A stretch of DNA of 56,939 bases, counting the filler, from Bilabrum cf. latius (lineage: Eukaryota), in NCBI GenBank assembly GCA_965178125.1. It is 2 parts of 2 records of this genome, joined end to end, with 100 filler letters (N's around TTAATTAATTAA, not from the genome) between each part and the next. Parts side by side here need not be neighbours in the genome. Positions count along the whole stretch, not along the records: positions 29,025 to 56,939 come from CBCXTV010000022.1; 1 more part is not named here. The stretch is one strand, 5' to 3'. The notes beneath the pieces were generated by a model. It ran no database searches, was not told where the DNA came from, and worked only from the letters and a program-made list of their open reading frames with translations. Below, piece after piece: positions 55,574 to 56,939 of the stretch. Within the stretch, counting starts at the first letter, position 1, and each line of letters opens with the position of its first letter. The position numbers and the translations under genes are program-made.

Positions 55574-56939
55574 GTGTTCCCGAGATCCTCCAGCCACGCC
55601 ACCAGTCAATGTTCTCGCTCGCCGTTACGTCATGGAGCCCCACGAAGTCGTGCAGATGATCAGGGCGATACCGTGAGCATCCTCCTTCTCCGTCTTCTTG
55701 CCGCCGTCGTACAGCCTGGCCGCGACACGATCTTGATGCCAAAACTCGAGGTTTCGCCGGCGTGCTCGTGAACACCGCACAAGTCTTCGTAGGAGATGGG
55801 CACGCGCTCTGTTTTTTCCCAGACGAGGACAACCCCCCAACTCAGGGCCGCGCACACGGACATCACGACGGACAATGTGTTTAATCGCTCGCCAAGAGTC
55901 CAGTCGTCACTCGGGTCGATCATTATGTACGGTTTCATACTGTGCCCTGCATCCGCACTTCGTCGTCCCGAGCCCCCCACTCCGTGTCCATGCTCTCGGG
56001 AGTCGATGCGAGGACCGGGCTGGCTGCCAGCACAGATGTCATGCGGAAGCAATCTTCCCACTTACATACCGGCCCTTGGAACGTGTCGAAGATGCGGCGC
56101 CAGACGCAGCGTTCGAAGCTTCGGTTCGGGATCCGCATCTTCAGGAGCGCCTTCCTCCCCTCCGGGCTGATGAGATACCACTTTAGGCCCATGCCGACGT
56201 GGAAGGGGACCACAAATGTGTTGTCTACCCAGTGCGCCGGATAGGTCCGCACGTCCAAGAGGCGCTCGCAGTTGTGGATGGAGGTGGAGTTTCCGCGCTG
56301 GAGGCTGACCATTCTCGGTGCTTCTGACCCCGCTAACATGGCCATCTGCGTCACCTTGGGGTTTTCGCGATGGCGTGAAGAACTACGAGTAGCCGATCCA
56401 CGCATGCTTCGCGAGGTTCGATATCATCCTCGACAACCATGAGCCATTCCGTCGGCGTGTGGTTCTCAGCCCACAGCCATGCGTTTCGATGGGATTGGAT
56501 CGCCCCAAGAGTGGCCGGATGGTATTTGATCCAGTCCGTTATCTTGCCGGAGAAGATATCCAAGAGGGCCTGGTCTTTGACGATGCCCTGCATCAACTGG
56601 TCCTGCACCGCACACTGCATGCACGATGGCATCGCGGAGATGAATTTCTCCGCATTCCGGAGAAGCTCCATGGCCCGGTTGATGTCATCCAAGGCCTCGT
56701 CACGCGAAGGACTCTGACGCACGGCGTTGCTGCAGGAGGCGGCGCCTCCTGCAGGAGGCTCGTCGCGTGCGGGAGCACGAGCGTCGTTGTCGCCGTCACC
56801 GGTATTCGCGCCAGCTTTTGGCACCCAACGCTTCGCTTCACCCGCAGAGGAACGGACATCATGGAGACTCCAGCCACGCGCAACCAGGCACTTCGCGCAC
56901 CAGTCCTCAGGGAAGAAATAGCGCAGGTTCTCCTTCTTC

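Larger units (their letters stand above)
54640..56939 (-). repeat. Second scrambled mosaic of cluster fragments
   Basis: ~54940-55195 matches ~41365-41623; ~55195-55272 matches ~53610-53685; ~55636-55675 matches Rep ~43458-43498; ~55752-56585 matches GT ~49676-50512; ~56650-56939 matches ~40110-40401. Confidence 0.85.

Overview
GC-rich, repeat-dominated eukaryotic genomic DNA. The element types resemble those described in dinoflagellates, but that is an inference. No intact host housekeeping gene is recognisable. An assembly gap at 28925-29024 splits the window in two. LEFT HALF: nested mobile DNA. A MITE-like repeat is split by a 5'-truncated LINE (APE-RT-ZnF-RNase H, A-rich tail, CGATG target-site duplication). 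The LINE is itself interrupted by a ~14.9 kb Copia-order LTR retrotransposon with 181-bp LTRs, a tRNA-iMet-type primer-binding site and non-canonical AGTC...AGTC ends. That element carries unusual cargo: a RING-H2 finger in Gag-protease, a frameshifted J-domain in an extra 3' region, and possibly degenerate methyltransferase-like repeats. A second, canonical Copia fragment (TG...CA LTR, polypurine tract, SAP-like and TM extension) follows. RIGHT HALF: the best candidate for an undescribed system. It is a co-oriented minus-strand gene cluster with a CRESS-virus-like Rep (HUH endonuclease plus SF3 helicase), an iteron-flanked stem-loop origin candidate present twice 11,436 bp apart, a pogo/CENP-B-type DDE transposase without visible TIRs, CxxC zinc-finger ORFs, a basic coiled-coil ORF and a GT25-like glycosyltransferase. 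No capsid gene is recognisable. The cluster is flanked on both sides by scrambled mosaics built from its own gene fragments, including a perfect 97-bp snap-back hairpin. All domain calls come from motif recognition by eye; no database searches were run.
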